Shown here piece by piece: positions 18,173 to 29,475 of a DNA stretch of 64,000 nucleotides. The stretch's first letter is position 1. Every line of letters starts with the position of its first letter. Source of the DNA: Tagaea sp. (GTDB lineage Bacteria; Pseudomonadota; Alphaproteobacteria; CACIAM-22H2); NCBI GenBank assembly GCA_965279525.1, contig CBDIIB010000002.1, positions 395,240 to 459,239 on the forward strand. The letters run 5' to 3'. A program made the position numbers and the translations under genes. The notes under the pieces are model-generated. The model had not been told where the DNA came from, did not search any database, and saw only the letters and a list, made by a program, of their open reading frames with translations.

Positions 18173-19816
18173 ATGAAAAACAGGCTTTTTGCGGCCGCGG
18201 CGCTCGGTTTCGGTCTGCTTGCCGGAGTTCAGCCCGCAGGCGCCCAGACGGTGCTGCGCATCGGAATGACCGCTGCCGACATCCCGCGCACGCTCGGCCA
18301 GCCCGACCAGGGTTTCGAGGGCAACCGTTTCACCGGTCTCACGATGTACGACGCCCTGGTCCTGTGGGACCTGTCGAGCGCCGAAAAGCCGTCCGTCCTT
18401 GTTCCTGGTCTTGCGACTGACTGGGCCGCGGACGCGTCGGACCGGACGAAGTGGACGTTCAAGCTGCGTCCGGGCGTGAAATTCCATGACGGCAGCGCAT
18501 TCGACGCCGACGCCATCGTCTGGAACGTGCGCAAAGTGCTCGACCGGGAAGCGCCGCATTTCGACGCGAGCCAGGTCGGCGTGACTGCCAGCCGCATGCC
18601 GACGCTGCGCAGCGCGCGCAAGATCGACGCATTGACCGTCGAACTGACGACGAGCGAGCCGGACTCGTTCCTGCCGATTAATCTCACCAACCTGTTCATC
18701 GCCAGCCCGGCGCACTGGTCGGCAAAGCTCGCTGCCGTGCCGGCCAGCGTGACCGACGCGGGCGAGCGCGCCAAGCAGGCATGGACCGCCTTCGCCGCTG
18801 ACGCGTCGGGGACCGGACCCTGGAAGATGGTCCGTTTCGTGCCGCGCGAGCGGCTCGAACTCGTCAAGAACGATGCCTATTGGAATGCCGCCCGCGTGCC
18901 GAAGGTCGACCGCATGGTGCTGCTGCCGATGCCGGAGACCAACGCGCGCACCGCTGCCCTTCTCGCCGGGCAGATCGACTGGGCCGAAGCGCCGTCGCCC
19001 GACGCCGTCGCCCAGATCAAGTCGCGCGGCTTCCAGATCTACGCGAACCAGCAGCCGCACGTGTGGCCGTGGCAGTTCTCGATGATCGAGGGCTCGCCCT
19101 GGGCCGACAAGCGCGTGCGCCAGGCGGCGAACCTGTGCGTCAACCGCACCGACATGAAGCAGCTGCTCGGCGGCCTGATGGCCGAAGCCGTGGGCTCGGT
19201 GCCGCCCGGCCATCCGTGGTGGGGCAATCCCGAATTCAAGATCGGCTACCGGCCCGACGAGGCGAAGCGCATGATGGCCGCAGCCGGCCATTCAGCGCAG
19301 AAGCCCCTGAAGGTCAAGATCCAGGTCTCGGCTTCGGGATCGGGCCAGATGCAGCCGCTCCCGATGAACGAGTATCTCCAGCAGGCGCTGCGCGACTGCT
19401 ATTTCGACGTCGAGCTCGACGTGATCGAGTGGAACACGCTGTTCACGAACTGGCGTCTGGGTGCCAAGGACGCGTCGGCACGCGGCGCACACGCGACGAA
19501 CGTCTCGTTCGCCGCGATGGATCCGTTCTTCGCCTTCGTGCGCTTCGTCGAAAGCAAGATGGCGCCGCCGGTGTCGAACAACTGGGGCTTCGTCAACGAT
19601 CCGGAGTTCGATCGGTTGGTCGCGAAGGCAAGGACCACGTTCGACGCTGCCGGCCGGGATGCGGCACTTGCCGAGCTGCACAAGCGGATCGTCGACGAGA
19701 CGGTGTTCCTGTGGGTCGCACACGACGTCGGGCCGCGCGCGATGAGCCCGAAGATCAAGGGCTTCGTGCCGCCGCAGAGCTGGTTCGTCGATTTCTCGCC
19801 GATCACGATGAACTGA
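18173..19816 (+). CDS. Peptide/opine/nickel ABC transporter substrate-binding protein (family 5), paralog 2
   Basis: Signal peptide, VLRIGMTAADIP, WTFKLRPGVKFHDG, SGSGQMQPLPMNE shared with paralog 1. Confidence 0.92.
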   Translation: MKNRLFAAAALGFGLLAGVQPAGAQTVLRIGMTAADIPRTLGQPDQGFEGNRFTGLTMYDALVLWDLSSAEKPSVLVPGLATDWAADASDRTKWTFKLRPGVKFHDGSAFDADAIVWNVRKVLDREAPHFDASQVGVTASRMPTLRSARKIDALTVELTTSEPDSFLPINLTNLFIASPAHWSAKLAAVPASVTDAGERAKQAWTAFAADASGTGPWKMVRFVPRERLELVKNDAYWNAARVPKVDRMVLLPMPETNARTAALLAGQIDWAEAPSPDAVAQIKSRGFQIYANQQPHVWPWQFSMIEGSPWADKRVRQAANLCVNRTDMKQLLGGLMAEAVGSVPPGHPWWGNPEFKIGYRPDEAKRMMAAAGHSAQKPLKVKIQVSASGSGQMQPLPMNEYLQQALRDCYFDVELDVIEWNTLFTNWRLGAKDASARGAHATNVSFAAMDPFFAFVRFVESKMAPPVSNNWGFVNDPEFDRLVAKARTTFDAAGRDAALAELHKRIVDETVFLWVAHDVGPRAMSPKIKGFVPPQSWFVDFSPITMN

Positions 19817-19825
19817 ACGGGACGG

Positions 19826-19852
19826 GCGCGGGCCGGCTTCGACGGCCCGCGC
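19826..19852. terminator. Stem-loop between SBP and permease
   Basis: GCGCGGGCCG-GCTTCGA-CGGCCCGCGC, 10-bp stem, no U-tract. Confidence 0.45.
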
Positions 19853-19865
19853 TCCTCCGCATCCC

Positions 19866-20819
19866 ATGTTCGAGTATCTTCTCAAGCGCATCCTCTACGT
19901 CGTGCCGATCGGACTGGGCGTGAGCCTCGTCTGTTTCGGGTTGGTCCATATCGCGCCGGGAGATCCGCTCGTCTCGGTGCTTCCCGCCGACGCATCGATG
20001 GAGATGCAGGAGCAGCTGCGCAGCGCATACGGCTTTGACAAGCCGCTGCCCTACCAGTTCGGCCTGTGGATCTGGCGCGCGATCAACGGCGACTTGGGAT
20101 ATTCGATTGCGACCGGCCGTCCAGTCGCCCCCGAAGTCTGGCGGGCGCTGGGCAATACCTTCATGGTTGCAGTACTTGCGGCGGCCTTCGGCTTCCTCGT
20201 CGGATCGGTGCTCGGCTTTGTCGCCGGCTACTATCGCGGGACGTGGATCGACCGCGCGGCGAGCGCGCTTGCGGTCGCGGGCATATCGCTGCCGCACTAC
20301 TGGCTGGGCATGGTGCTGGTCATCCTGTTTTCGGTGCAGCTCAACTGGCTGCCGGCGACCGGGGCGGGGCCCGGCGGCTCGGCCGACTGGCTCTGGAATT
20401 GGGAGCATGTGCGCCATCTGATCCTGCCGGCGCTGACCATGTCGGTCATACCGCTCGGGATCGTGGCGCGTTCGGTGCGGGCCCTCGTCTCCGACATCCT
20501 TTCGCAGGAATTCGTGGAGGCCCTGCGCGCCAAGGGCCTTTCGGAAGGCGGAATTTTCGCGCACATCCTCAAGAACGCTGCGCCGACGGGCCTTGCCGTC
20601 ATGGGCCTGCAACTCGGCTATCTGCTCGGTGGCTCGATCCTGATCGAGACGGTGTTCGCCTGGCCGGGAACGGGCTTCCTGCTCGGCAACGCGATCCTGC
20701 AGCGCGATCTGCCGCTGCTGCAGGGCACGATACTCGTGCTGGCGATGTTCTTCGTCTCGCTCAACCTGCTGGTCGACCTGGTGCAGACCTGGCTCGACCC
20801 GCGCATCAAGCGGGGCTGA
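19866..20819 (+). CDS. ABC transporter permease (DppB-like)
   Basis: IAPGDP, GFDKPL, EAA loop FVEALRAKGLSE, ETVFAWPG, LDPRI. Confidence 0.93.
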   Translation: MFEYLLKRILYVVPIGLGVSLVCFGLVHIAPGDPLVSVLPADASMEMQEQLRSAYGFDKPLPYQFGLWIWRAINGDLGYSIATGRPVAPEVWRALGNTFMVAVLAAAFGFLVGSVLGFVAGYYRGTWIDRAASALAVAGISLPHYWLGMVLVILFSVQLNWLPATGAGPGGSADWLWNWEHVRHLILPALTMSVIPLGIVARSVRALVSDILSQEFVEALRAKGLSEGGIFAHILKNAAPTGLAVMGLQLGYLLGGSILIETVFAWPGTGFLLGNAILQRDLPLLQGTILVLAMFFVSLNLLVDLVQTWLDPRIKRG

Positions 20820-20821
20820 CG

Positions 20822-21715
20822 ATGTCTGCGAACGCATCATTGGCGGAGAACGCAGTCGGCCAGGCCCCGGCGCCCTCGCGCGGATACTGGGCGAACGTCC
20901 TGCGCCGGCTTTCGCGCGACAAGGTCGCGATGGCTTGCCTCGCCGTTCTTGCCATCATCCTTCTGGCGGCGATCTTCGCTTCCTACATCGCGCCGCACGA
21001 TCCCTACCGCGGTTCGATGATCCGCCGCCTGCGGCCCATCGGCACCGACGGCTTCCCGCTCGGAACCGACGAGCTTGGCCGCGACATGCTGACGCGCTTG
21101 ATCTATGGCGGCCGACTTTCGCTGTTCATCGGCATCCTGCCGGTTTTCAACGCATTCGTGATCGGCACTTTTCTTGGCGTGCTCGCCGGGTTCGCCGGCG
21201 GCAAGACGAACATGGCGATCATGCGCACGATCGACGTGTTCTACGCGTTCCCGTCCGTGCTGCTCGCCATCGCGATCTCCGGCGCGCTGGGGGCCGGCAT
21301 CTTCAATTCGATCGTGTCGCTGACCGTCGTGTTCATTCCGCCGCTCGCGCGCGTCGCCGAAAGCGTCACGACCCAGGTCCGCAATCTCGATTTCGTCGAC
21401 GCGGCCCGGGCAAGCGGGGCCGGGGCATTCACGATCATCCGCGTCCATATCCTCGGAAACGTGCTGGGCCCGGTCTTCGTCTACGCGACGGGTCTCGTAT
21501 CGGTCTCGATGATCCTCGCGTCCGGCCTGTCGTTCCTCGGACTGGGCACGAAGCCGCCGGAAGCCGAATGGGGGCTGATGCTCAACACGCTGCGGACCGC
21601 GATCTACGCCCAGCCGCTCGTGGCGGCTCTTCCGGGCGCCATGATCTTCGCTGTCTCGATCTGCTTCAACCTGTTCTCGGACGGCCTACGTTCGGCCATG
21701 GACGTGAAGCTGTGA
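20822..21715 (+). CDS. ABC transporter permease (DppC-like)
   Basis: [42 protein letters not shown]. Confidence 0.93.
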   Translation: MSANASLAENAVGQAPAPSRGYWANVLRRLSRDKVAMACLAVLAIILLAAIFASYIAPHDPYRGSMIRRLRPIGTDGFPLGTDELGRDMLTRLIYGGRLSLFIGILPVFNAFVIGTFLGVLAGFAGGKTNMAIMRTIDVFYAFPSVLLAIAISGALGAGIFNSIVSLTVVFIPPLARVAESVTTQVRNLDFVDAARASGAGAFTIIRVHILGNVLGPVFVYATGLVSVSMILASGLSFLGLGTKPPEAEWGLMLNTLRTAIYAQPLVAALPGAMIFAVSICFNLFSDGLRSAMDVKL

Positions 21716-22758
21716 GCGAGACCGCCGAACTGTCCGATGTCGGCGGCCCCGCGCAGCCACTGCTGGCGGTCCGCGACCTGTTCAAGCATTTTCCGATCCG
21801 CGGCGGGCTTCTGAACCGCACGACAGCGGTCGTCCAGGCGGTCGACGGCATCGATTTCGACGTCGCGAAAGGCGAGACGCTGGGCATCGTCGGCGAATCC
21901 GGCTGCGGGAAATCGACGACCGCCCGCCTGCTCGTGCGCCTGCTCGATCCGGACTCGGGCGAGCTCGTCTATGACGGTCTCAAGGTCGGTTCCCAGGACG
22001 GGCTTACGATGCGCGAGATGCGCCGCCACGTGCAGATGGTGTTCCAGGATTCGTTTGCTTCGCTCAATCCAAGGCTCACGATCGTCGACTCGATCGCGTT
22101 CGGTCCGAAAGTCCACGGGCTTCCGTCGGGCGAGGCGACGACGCGTGCGCGTGACCTGCTTGCCCGTGTGGGCCTCGCCCCCGATCTTTTCGGCCGGCGC
22201 TATCCGCACGAGCTGTCCGGCGGCCAGCGCCAACGCGTGAACATCGCGCGCGCCCTGGCGCTGCGCCCGCGCCTGGTCATCCTCGACGAGGCGGTGTCGG
22301 CCCTCGACAAGTCGGTCGAAGCACAGGTCCTCAACCTGCTTCAGGACCTGAAGTCGGAATTCAATCTCACGTATGTCTTCATCAGCCACGACCTCAACGT
22401 CGTGCGCTACATGTCCGATCGCGTCCTTGTCATGTATCTCGGGCGGATCGTCGAGATCGGCCCCGTCGGCCCGATCTACGATTCCCCCCAGCACCCCTAT
22501 ACGCGTGCACTCCTTTCGGCGATGCCGTCGATGGATCCCGATCGACGCACGCAGGAAGCGCCGATCGCGGGCGATCCGCCCAACCCGATCAATCCGCCGC
22601 CCGGCTGCCGTTTCCATACGCGGTGTCCCTTCGCCGAGGATGTCTGCAAGCTGAAGGTTCCCGAACTCGCACCGGCACGCACCATCGCGGCCCATCTCGT
22701 GGCCTGCCACATGAGCGACGGCGTTTCGGGCCATTCGCGCGCGGGGAGGGGCCTGTGA
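21712..22758 (+). CDS. ABC transporter ATP-binding protein (DppF-like)
   Basis: GTG start (GTGA overlap); [21 protein letters not shown]-terminal GCRFHTRC...C...C Fe-S motif. Confidence 0.92.
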   Translation: MSETAELSDVGGPAQPLLAVRDLFKHFPIRGGLLNRTTAVVQAVDGIDFDVAKGETLGIVGESGCGKSTTARLLVRLLDPDSGELVYDGLKVGSQDGLTMREMRRHVQMVFQDSFASLNPRLTIVDSIAFGPKVHGLPSGEATTRARDLLARVGLAPDLFGRRYPHELSGGQRQRVNIARALALRPRLVILDEAVSALDKSVEAQVLNLLQDLKSEFNLTYVFISHDLNVVRYMSDRVLVMYLGRIVEIGPVGPIYDSPQHPYTRALLSAMPSMDPDRRTQEAPIAGDPPNPINPPPGCRFHTRCPFAEDVCKLKVPELAPARTIAAHLVACHMSDGVSGHSRAGRGL

Positions 22759-23726
22759 CGCCGCTCGTCAGCGTCGAGCAGCTCGGCGTGCTGTTCCGGT
22801 CGGCCGACCGCACCGTCCACGCCGTCAACGGCGTCGACCTGACGCTGCAACCGGGCGAAGTGCTCGGTCTGCTCGGCGAGTCCGGGTCCGGGAAATCGGT
22901 CACGTTGAAGGCGCTCCTGCGCCTGCTGCCCGAGCGGCGCACGACGCTGACCGGCAAGGTGACGGTTGCCGGGCACGACGTGCTTTCGCTCGACGAGCGG
23001 GCGCTGCGCCGGTATCGCGGTTCCGTCGTGTCGATGATCTTCCAGGAGCCGATGCTGGCCTTCGATCCGGTCTTCACGATCGGCGACCAGATCGCCGAGG
23101 CCGTGATGCGGCACGAGAATGTCGGGCGCGATGCCGGACTGGCGCGCGCCCTCGAGATGCTCGACCGGGTGCGTATCCCGTCGCCCAAACGCCGGCTCGA
23201 CGCCTATCCGCACGAGATGTCGGGCGGCATGCGCCAGCGCGCGATGATCGCCCTGGCGCTCGCCTGCAAGCCGCAGCTCCTGCTTGCCGACGAGCCCACG
23301 ACTGCGCTCGATGCGACCGTCCAGATTCAGATCCTGCTGCTGCTGCGCGAACTCCAGAAGGAACTCGGCATGGGCGTGATCTTCGTCACGCACGATATCG
23401 GCGTCGCGGTCGAGGTCTCCGACCGGATGGCGGTCATGTATGCGGGACGGATCGTCGAGCGCGGCTCCGCCCGTGACCTGATCGGGCGGACGGCGCACCC
23501 CTATCCGCGCGGGTTGCTGGCGTCCACGGTGCACGGCGCCATGCGCGGTGCGAAGCTTGACGCCATCCCCGGCGCACCGCCGAATCTCTCCTCGCCGCCG
23601 GTCGGCTGCGCCTTCGCCCCGCGATGCAGGCATGCAGAAGATGCCTGCGGCAACGGCCGGCCGCCTATCGTCGCGGTCGGACCCGGACATGAGGCGGAGT
23701 GTCGCAGGGTCGGCTCGATCGGCTGA
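22755..23726 (+). CDS. ABC transporter ATP-binding protein (DppD-like)
   Basis: GTG start (GTGA overlap); [32 protein letters not shown]. Confidence 0.92.
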   Translation: MTPLVSVEQLGVLFRSADRTVHAVNGVDLTLQPGEVLGLLGESGSGKSVTLKALLRLLPERRTTLTGKVTVAGHDVLSLDERALRRYRGSVVSMIFQEPMLAFDPVFTIGDQIAEAVMRHENVGRDAGLARALEMLDRVRIPSPKRRLDAYPHEMSGGMRQRAMIALALACKPQLLLADEPTTALDATVQIQILLLLRELQKELGMGVIFVTHDIGVAVEVSDRMAVMYAGRIVERGSARDLIGRTAHPYPRGLLASTVHGAMRGAKLDAIPGAPPNLSSPPVGCAFAPRCRHAEDACGNGRPPIVAVGPGHEAECRRVGSIG

Positions 23727-23824
23727 GCGCCGCTTTCGGCAGGGGTTGATTTGCCCCGAATCCCGGCCTAGTTTCCCGGCACTCCGTCCGAACCGGGACA
23801 GTCCAGCTAGGGAGTTCCTGCGCC

Positions 23825-24205
23825 GTGAACAATCGTTCCATCCTCGCCTCGGCGATCCTCGCTCTTTCGTTTGCCGTTTCGCTGCCGGCGAGTGCTCAAG
23901 ATGCCGCGGCCGGCGAAGGCGTCTTCAAGCGCGTCTGCGCGACCTGCCACAACGCGACCGTCGAGGGGCCGCGCAAGCTCGGCCCCACGATGCATGGTGT
24001 CGTCGGCCGCAAGGCGGCCTCGGTCGAAGGCTTTCGCTATTCGACCGCCAAGCGCGATCCGGACCTCGTCTGGACGCCGGACAAGCTCGGCCCCTACCTG
24101 CTCAATCCGCGCGAATTCATGCCGGGCACGACGATGGCCTATGCCGGCCTCAAGAGCGATGCCGACCGGGCCAACGTCATCGCCTACCTTCAGACGCTGA
24201 AGTAG
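23825..24205 (+). CDS. Class I cytochrome c (c2/c550-like)
   Basis: Signal peptide, CATCH heme motif, GPTMHGVVGRKA, PGTTM axial Met; GGGAG RBS. Confidence 0.93.
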   Translation: MNNRSILASAILALSFAVSLPASAQDAAAGEGVFKRVCATCHNATVEGPRKLGPTMHGVVGRKAASVEGFRYSTAKRDPDLVWTPDKLGPYLLNPREFMPGTTMAYAGLKSDADRANVIAYLQTLK

Positions 24206-24214
24206 AAGCCGCCG

Positions 24215-26173
24215 TCACGCGGCGCGGACCGCTTCGAGAAAGGCGCGGACGCGCTTTCCGAGTGCGTCCGCATGCGCCGCGACCTGGGCCGACGCGTCGA
24301 GAACGCCGCCGGAGGCCATGCCGGTCTCTTCAGAGGCATTGCGCACGCCCGCGATCGCCCGGTTCGTTTCTTCCACACCGGCGGCCGCCTGCTCGACATT
24401 GCGCCCGATCTCCTGGGTCGCGGCCGTCTGCTCCTCGATCGCCGAGGCGACGCCGGCCGTCATCTCGGAAATCCCGCGGATTGCGCCGCCGATCTCGGAC
24501 ATGGCGCCGACCACGTCGGATGTACGGCTCTGTATCGTCGAGACCTGGGCGCCAATCTCCTCGGTCGCCTTCGCCGTCTGGGCGGCGAGCGCCTTGACCT
24601 CGTTGGCGACGATGGCGAAACCGCGCCCGGCATCACCGGCACGCGCGGCTTCGATCGTGGCGTTGAGTGCCAGCAGGTTGGTCTGCGAGGCGATCGAGTT
24701 GATCAGCTTCACCACGTCGCCGATACGCTTGGCCACTTCGTCAAGTTCGCGCACGCGGGACTCGCTGTCGGCGGCGAGCGTCGTCGTGCGCCCCGCACTT
24801 TCGCTCGAGGTCGCCACCTGCCGGGAAATCTCGCGGATCGAGGCGGCAAGCTCCTCCGCCGCCGAAGCGACGGTCTGGACGTTCGTCGAGGCCTCGTTGG
24901 CGCCGGCGGCGGCGTTGACCGACATCTCGCGCGCGGCGGTCGAGATCTTCTCGAGGCTCCGGGCTGTCGCCTCCAGCTCGCCTGCGGCACGCGCCGTAGC
25001 CTCGAGTGTTTCCCCGACGCCTTCCTTGAACTCGTCGGTGAGTTCCGCGATCCGCTGGGCGCGCTCGATCTGCGCGCGTTGGCCGGCTGCGGATTCGGCT
25101 TCGAGGCGGCGCTGGGCGACAAGATTGTCTTTGAATATCAAGAGACTGCGGCCCATTTCGGCGATCTCGTTGCGACCCTCGGTATGGACGGAAATCTCGG
25201 TCTCACCCCGGCCCAGACGCTCCATCTCCCGGGTCAGGCTCGTTATCGGTGCCGAAATCGAGCGGCCGATCAGAAGTCCGACGACGACGACGGTGCCAAG
25301 CGTGATCGCGATCGCCAGCCAGAGAAGCTCGGCGACCGTCTTGAGTTGCGCGTCGATGCTCTCGCTGGCGACGGCTGCGGCACTGGCCTCCGCATCGCGA
25401 AGCCTGGCGACGAGCGGATCGAGGGAGACGGAACTCCCGTCGAGCTCGGCGATCTTCGCGTTGCGGGCGCCGATCGACGCGACCAGGGCGTCGAAGGCCT
25501 CCGCATATGCGTCCGCCAGTCCGGCGAGCTCCTTTCGCCGCTCTTCTGGAAGTCCGGATCCGGCCAGAAGTTCCTTGAGGCGCTCTCGCTCTTTTGCGTG
25601 AAGGTCGGCGTTGGCCTTTGCTTCGCGCAGCTGGAAATCCTTCTCGTGCCGGCGAAGCTGCAGGACGGAGACGACGATCTTGTCGAGGCCGAGCTGATTC
25701 AGGGCACCTTCGGCATCGCGGATCGTCCGGCGCATGGCGCCTTGCTGCCCTTCGTTCTCGTTGAGCCCGATCCGCCGCATCAGCGTGACGAGTTCGTCGA
25801 GTTGGCGGCCATAGCGGTCGACAAGCCCGCCGATCTCGGTGAAATCACCTGCGAATGCCGGATCGGACTCCGCCGCGAGTGACTGGACCGCTGTCCGCGC
25901 CTGCCGATTCGCTTCGATCGCGCGCCGGCCGATCGAAAGGTCGCGACGGATGATCATGTCGCGCTGGAAACGCCGGGCTTCGGCAAGCGAGTCGTCGAGT
26001 GTCTGGAAACTTGCGAGCCGATGGGCGGTGGCAGTTCGCGCAACCGTGGCCGCTTCGTTGACCCGGGTCTGGTAGGCGATCGCGAGGCCGATGGCAGCAA
26101 AGCCAAGCGCAGAAATTGCGGCAAGCAGCATCAGTTTCGCTTTGATTGGCAGTCCGGAAACTTTCAGTTGCAT
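24215..26173 (-). CDS. Methyl-accepting chemotaxis protein (2 TM, helical periplasmic sensor, HAMP)
   Basis: Hairpin tip [37 protein letters not shown]; [12 protein letters not shown]...NEIAEM; no C-terminal pentapeptide. Confidence 0.95.
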   Translation of the reverse strand: MQLKVSGLPIKAKLMLLAAISALGFAAIGLAIAYQTRVNEAATVARTATAHRLASFQTLDDSLAEARRFQRDMIIRRDLSIGRRAIEANRQARTAVQSLAAESDPAFAGDFTEIGGLVDRYGRQLDELVTLMRRIGLNENEGQQGAMRRTIRDAEGALNQLGLDKIVVSVLQLRRHEKDFQLREAKANADLHAKERERLKELLAGSGLPEERRKELAGLADAYAEAFDALVASIGARNAKIAELDGSSVSLDPLVARLRDAEASAAAVASESIDAQLKTVAELLWLAIAITLGTVVVVGLLIGRSISAPITSLTREMERLGRGETEISVHTEGRNEIAEMGRSLLIFKDNLVAQRRLEAESAAGQRAQIERAQRIAELTDEFKEGVGETLEATARAAGELEATARSLEKISTAAREMSVNAAAGANEASTNVQTVASAAEELAASIREISRQVATSSESAGRTTTLAADSESRVRELDEVAKRIGDVVKLINSIASQTNLLALNATIEAARAGDAGRGFAIVANEVKALAAQTAKATEEIGAQVSTIQSRTSDVVGAMSEIGGAIRGISEMTAGVASAIEEQTAATQEIGRNVEQAAAGVEETNRAIAGVRNASEETGMASGGVLDASAQVAAHADALGKRVRAFLEAVRAA

Positions 26174-26362
26174 GGCGCAATCCTCGACAAAATTGTGCCT
26201 GACGGTAGCGCCGGTTTTACACAAGCGTCAAACGGCGGATTCGTTTGTAGTCAGAAAAGTAATACAATTAAGAATTACCCGAATAAAAATCGAATATGAA
26301 ATACAGCCGAGTTGACTGAAAACGCTTCCCTCTAAGAATACAAATAAATTTTGCGTGCTGGA

Positions 26363-26941
26363 CTACTGCTTGACCGCGTGATGCGGCACATCGATCAGGT
26401 GGCGCGTCCCGGCAGCCAGATCATAGATATGGAACGAACTCATGTTCCGCCCGTAGAGATGCAGGCTCACGCAGGCTTCCGCGGCCGCGTCCACGCCCGT
26501 GACGTGGATATGGTCGGGATTGGGCACGAAGCTGGTGACCGCACCGGGATTGAGCAGCACCACGCCGCCGCGCCGCAGCACGATGCCGGCGTTGCCGCAG
26601 ATCTCGCCGGTCGGGCACATGTACGCGCGCTCTTCGAGCGAACCGCGCACGACACCGACGACACCCCAGCTGCCGTGATCGTGGATCGGCGTCCATTGGC
26701 CGGGCAGCCAGATGATCGCGAACAGCGACAGGGCTTCGTTGGGACAGAAATAGATCGCGTTGCGGCGATAGTGTGCGGGATCGGACACGAGATGGGCCGG
26801 CTCGAGAAACTCGTCGGCCCGTCGCGTCAGCTTCTGCATGAGCGGGGCGATGGCGTCGACGCGCGCAGCCACATCGTCCTCGCGCGCGACGATCGCTTCG
26901 CAGCTTCCGATGAACTCGGAGAGTACCGGTTTGAGCGCCAT
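26363..26941 (-). CDS. Cysteine dioxygenase / thiol dioxygenase family protein
   Basis: YRRN, WLPGQWTPIHDHGSWG, HIH, VSLHLYG (3-His site plus Ser-His-Tyr triad). Confidence 0.88.
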   Translation of the reverse strand: MALKPVLSEFIGSCEAIVAREDDVAARVDAIAPLMQKLTRRADEFLEPAHLVSDPAHYRRNAIYFCPNEALSLFAIIWLPGQWTPIHDHGSWGVVGVVRGSLEERAYMCPTGEICGNAGIVLRRGGVVLLNPGAVTSFVPNPDHIHVTGVDAAAEACVSLHLYGRNMSSFHIYDLAAGTRHLIDVPHHAVKQ

Positions 26942-26951
26942 GATCGCCCGT

Positions 26952-27614
26952 TCAATCCTTCGGCTGGGGAACGATGCGCAGATAGGGCTTCGGGGCCTTC
27001 CACCCGGCCGGGTACTTGACCTTCGCCATGTCGTCGGTGACCGAGCCAGCGATGATGACGTCTTCGCCGCGCTTCCAGTTCACTGGCGTGGCGACCTGGT
27101 GCTTGGCCGTAAGCTGCATGGAGTCGATCATCCGCAGGACCTCGTCGAAATTCCGGCCGGTCGTCATCGGATAGATCAGCATGCCCTTGATCTTCTTGTC
27201 CGGCCCGACGATGAAAACCGTGCGGACCGTCGCGTTGTCGGCCGCCGTCCGTCCGTCGGACGTGGAACCCGCCGCGTCGGGCAGCATGTCGTAGAGCTTG
27301 GCGACTTTCAGTTCGGGATCGCCGATCATCGGATAGGTGACCGCGGCACCCTGCGTTTCCTCGATGTCCTTGGCCCATTTCGAGTGGTTGTCGACCGGAT
27401 CGACGCTGAGGCCGATGATCTTGACATTGCGCTTGTCGAACTCCGGCTTCATGCGCGCCATGTAGCCAAGCTCGGTCGTGCAGACCGGCGTGAAGTCCTT
27501 GGGGTGCGAAAACAGGACCGCCCAGCCGTCGCCGATCCATTTGTGGAACTCGATCGGACCTTGTGTCGTCGTCGCGGCGAAATCCGGTGCCACGGAGTTG
27601 ATGCGGAGCGTCAT
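26952..27614 (-). CDS. 1-Cys peroxiredoxin (Prx6/LsfA-like)
   Basis: FSHPKDFTPVCTTE, YPMTTGRNFDE, ATPVNW, PYLR; GGAG RBS. Confidence 0.95.
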   Translation of the reverse strand: MTLRINSVAPDFAATTTQGPIEFHKWIGDGWAVLFSHPKDFTPVCTTELGYMARMKPEFDKRNVKIIGLSVDPVDNHSKWAKDIEETQGAAVTYPMIGDPELKVAKLYDMLPDAAGSTSDGRTAADNATVRTVFIVGPDKKIKGMLIYPMTTGRNFDEVLRMIDSMQLTAKHQVATPVNWKRGEDVIIAGSVTDDMAKVKYPAGWKAPKPYLRIVPQPKD

Positions 27615-27668
27615 TTCGGTCTCCAGACGAGGGGCGGGTGTCGATTCCGAGACAATAGCCAATCCGCA

Positions 27669-28433
27669 TTATTTGCGGAAGGACGCGATCCGGATACCGG
27701 CCTCGTCGAGCCGGCGGCGCACGGCGCGCGCCATCGCGACGGCACCCGGCGAGTCGCCGTGGATGCAGACCGTATCGATGGAAAGCGCCAGGCGCTTGCC
27801 AGTGACGCTGACGATCGCGCGCTCCTGGACCATTTGCAGGACCCGTGCCGCCACGGTCTCGGGATCGTGGAGTACCGCGCCGGGCTTCTTGCGCGGGACG
27901 AGGGTTCCGTCATCTTCGTAGGCCCGGTCGGCATAGATCTCGCGGGCGAGCGGCAGGTTCGCGGCCTCGCCGGCGCGTTCCAGTGCCGTCAGCGGGATGA
28001 CGACGAAGATCAGCGAAGGATCGACCGCGCGCACCGCCCGGGCAAGCGACGTCGCCATGGCCATGTCGACCATCGCCATGTTCGACAGTGCGCCATGCGC
28101 CTTGACGTGCGTGACGCGGTGGCCGGCCATCGTCGCGACGGCCTGAAGGGCGCCGATCTGGTAGGCGACGAGGGTTTCGATCTCGCGCGCCGTCAGCCCC
28201 TGGATCTGGCGGCGGCCGAAGCCCTGCAGGTCGTGGAAGCCGGGATGTGCGCCGATCGCCACGCCGCGCGCCTTCGCGTTCTCGACGGTCTTCAGCATCG
28301 TATCTGGGTCGCCCGCATGGAAGCCGCAGGCGACGTTGGCGGAAGTGACGACATCGAGCATCGCCCCGTCGTCGCCCATCGTCCAGGCGCCGAAGCTTTC
28401 GCCAAGATCGCTGTTGAGGTCGACTTCGATCAT
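27669..28433 (-). CDS. pxpA: 5-oxoprolinase subunit A (LamB/YcsF family)
   Basis: [38 protein letters not shown]. Confidence 0.9.
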   Translation of the reverse strand: MIEVDLNSDLGESFGAWTMGDDGAMLDVVTSANVACGFHAGDPDTMLKTVENAKARGVAIGAHPGFHDLQGFGRRQIQGLTAREIETLVAYQIGALQAVATMAGHRVTHVKAHGALSNMAMVDMAMATSLARAVRAVDPSLIFVVIPLTALERAGEAANLPLAREIYADRAYEDDGTLVPRKKPGAVLHDPETVAARVLQMVQERAIVSVTGKRLALSIDTVCIHGDSPGAVAMARAVRRRLDEAGIRIASFRK

Positions 28434-28443
28434 CGGGGCTTCC

Positions 28444-29475
28444 TCATGAGTGGGACCAGGTATCGGTGTCGAGCGCGCTGACCGCCCCGCCGGCCAGATT
28501 GGACGCCAGGAGCGCTTCGCTGGACGGCAACGGCCCCGTGACGGGTAGCACCCGTGCGGCAAGTCCGTCGAGTGCGGCTTGCCACGCGATCGCGAGCTGC
28601 CGGGCGTGGTCGACGCCGACCGCCGCGAAACGCAGTGCCCGTCCGGGCGGGGTCTGGGCGAACCGGCCGAGATCGGCCGTGACGATCCCGGCGATCTTCG
28701 GGTACCCGCCGGTAGTGCCGCGATCGGCCAGCAGGACCAGCGGATGGCCGCCGCCGGGAATCTGGATCTGGCCGTTGGCGATACCGTCAGAAACGATGTT
28801 GTGGCCGCGCGCTGCCGTGATCGGCGGGCCGTCGAGCCGGTAGCCCATCCGGTCGGAGGCGGGCGCCACCCGCCACTCAGCGGCGAGGAACGCGGCGATC
28901 TCGGCGGGGTCGAAATAGTCGTCCTGCGGCCCCAGCACGACCCGGATTGGGCCGGAATCGAAGGGGACGACAGGCAACCGGCGCTCGCCTTGCGTGCTTT
29001 CGGCCGATGCGACTTCGAGCCGGTCGCCGGCGGCAAGCGGGCGTGCGATGGGGCTTCCGAGCCCGGCGCGTGCATGGACCGACATGCTTTCGAAAACGGG
29101 CATGCCTGCGATGCCCCCCTGGACGGCAAGGTAGGTGAACGTGCCGCCGCGCGCAGCGCGCAGCACCAGCGTCTCGTCGTCCTGCAGCAGCAGGCTTTGC
29201 GCTAGCGAAACCGCCCGGCCGTCGACCGTCGCCGCGCGCTCGGCACCGTAAAGTGCGACCCGCACCATACCGCCGCGCGCGGTGAAGCGGGCGGCGAACG
29301 GTCCGACCTCGATCGCCGCGGCGCTCGCAGCACGGCCAACAAGCACGTTGGCGGCAGCCAGCGCATAGCGGTCCATCGCACCGGCCGACGAAAGTCCGTA
29401 TCGCAGCGCGCCGAACCGACCGGAATCCTGGACCGAAGTGGCGGGACCGGCTTCTTCGACGGACAGGGCGGTCAT
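28444..29475 (-). CDS. pxpC: 5-oxoprolinase subunit C (AHS2/KipA family)
   Basis: SVQDSGRFG...[28 protein letters not shown]. Confidence 0.88.
   Translation of the reverse strand: MTALSVEEAGPATSVQDSGRFGALRYGLSSAGAMDRYALAAANVLVGRAASAAAIEVGPFAARFTARGGMVRVALYGAERAATVDGRAVSLAQSLLLQDDETLVLRAARGGTFTYLAVQGGIAGMPVFESMSVHARAGLGSPIARPLAAGDRLEVASAESTQGERRLPVVPFDSGPIRVVLGPQDDYFDPAEIAAFLAAEWRVAPASDRMGYRLDGPPITAARGHNIVSDGIANGQIQIPGGGHPLVLLADRGTTGGYPKIAGIVTADLGRFAQTPPGRALRFAAVGVDHARQLAIAWQAALDGLAARVLPVTGPLPSSEALLASNLAGGAVSALDTDTWSHS

Noticed and set aside
26250-26350. AT-rich patch as a CtrA box, origin or ncRNA
   Set aside because: Only a single TTAA half-site with no correctly spaced partner, no DnaA boxes or iterons, no convincing stem-loop.
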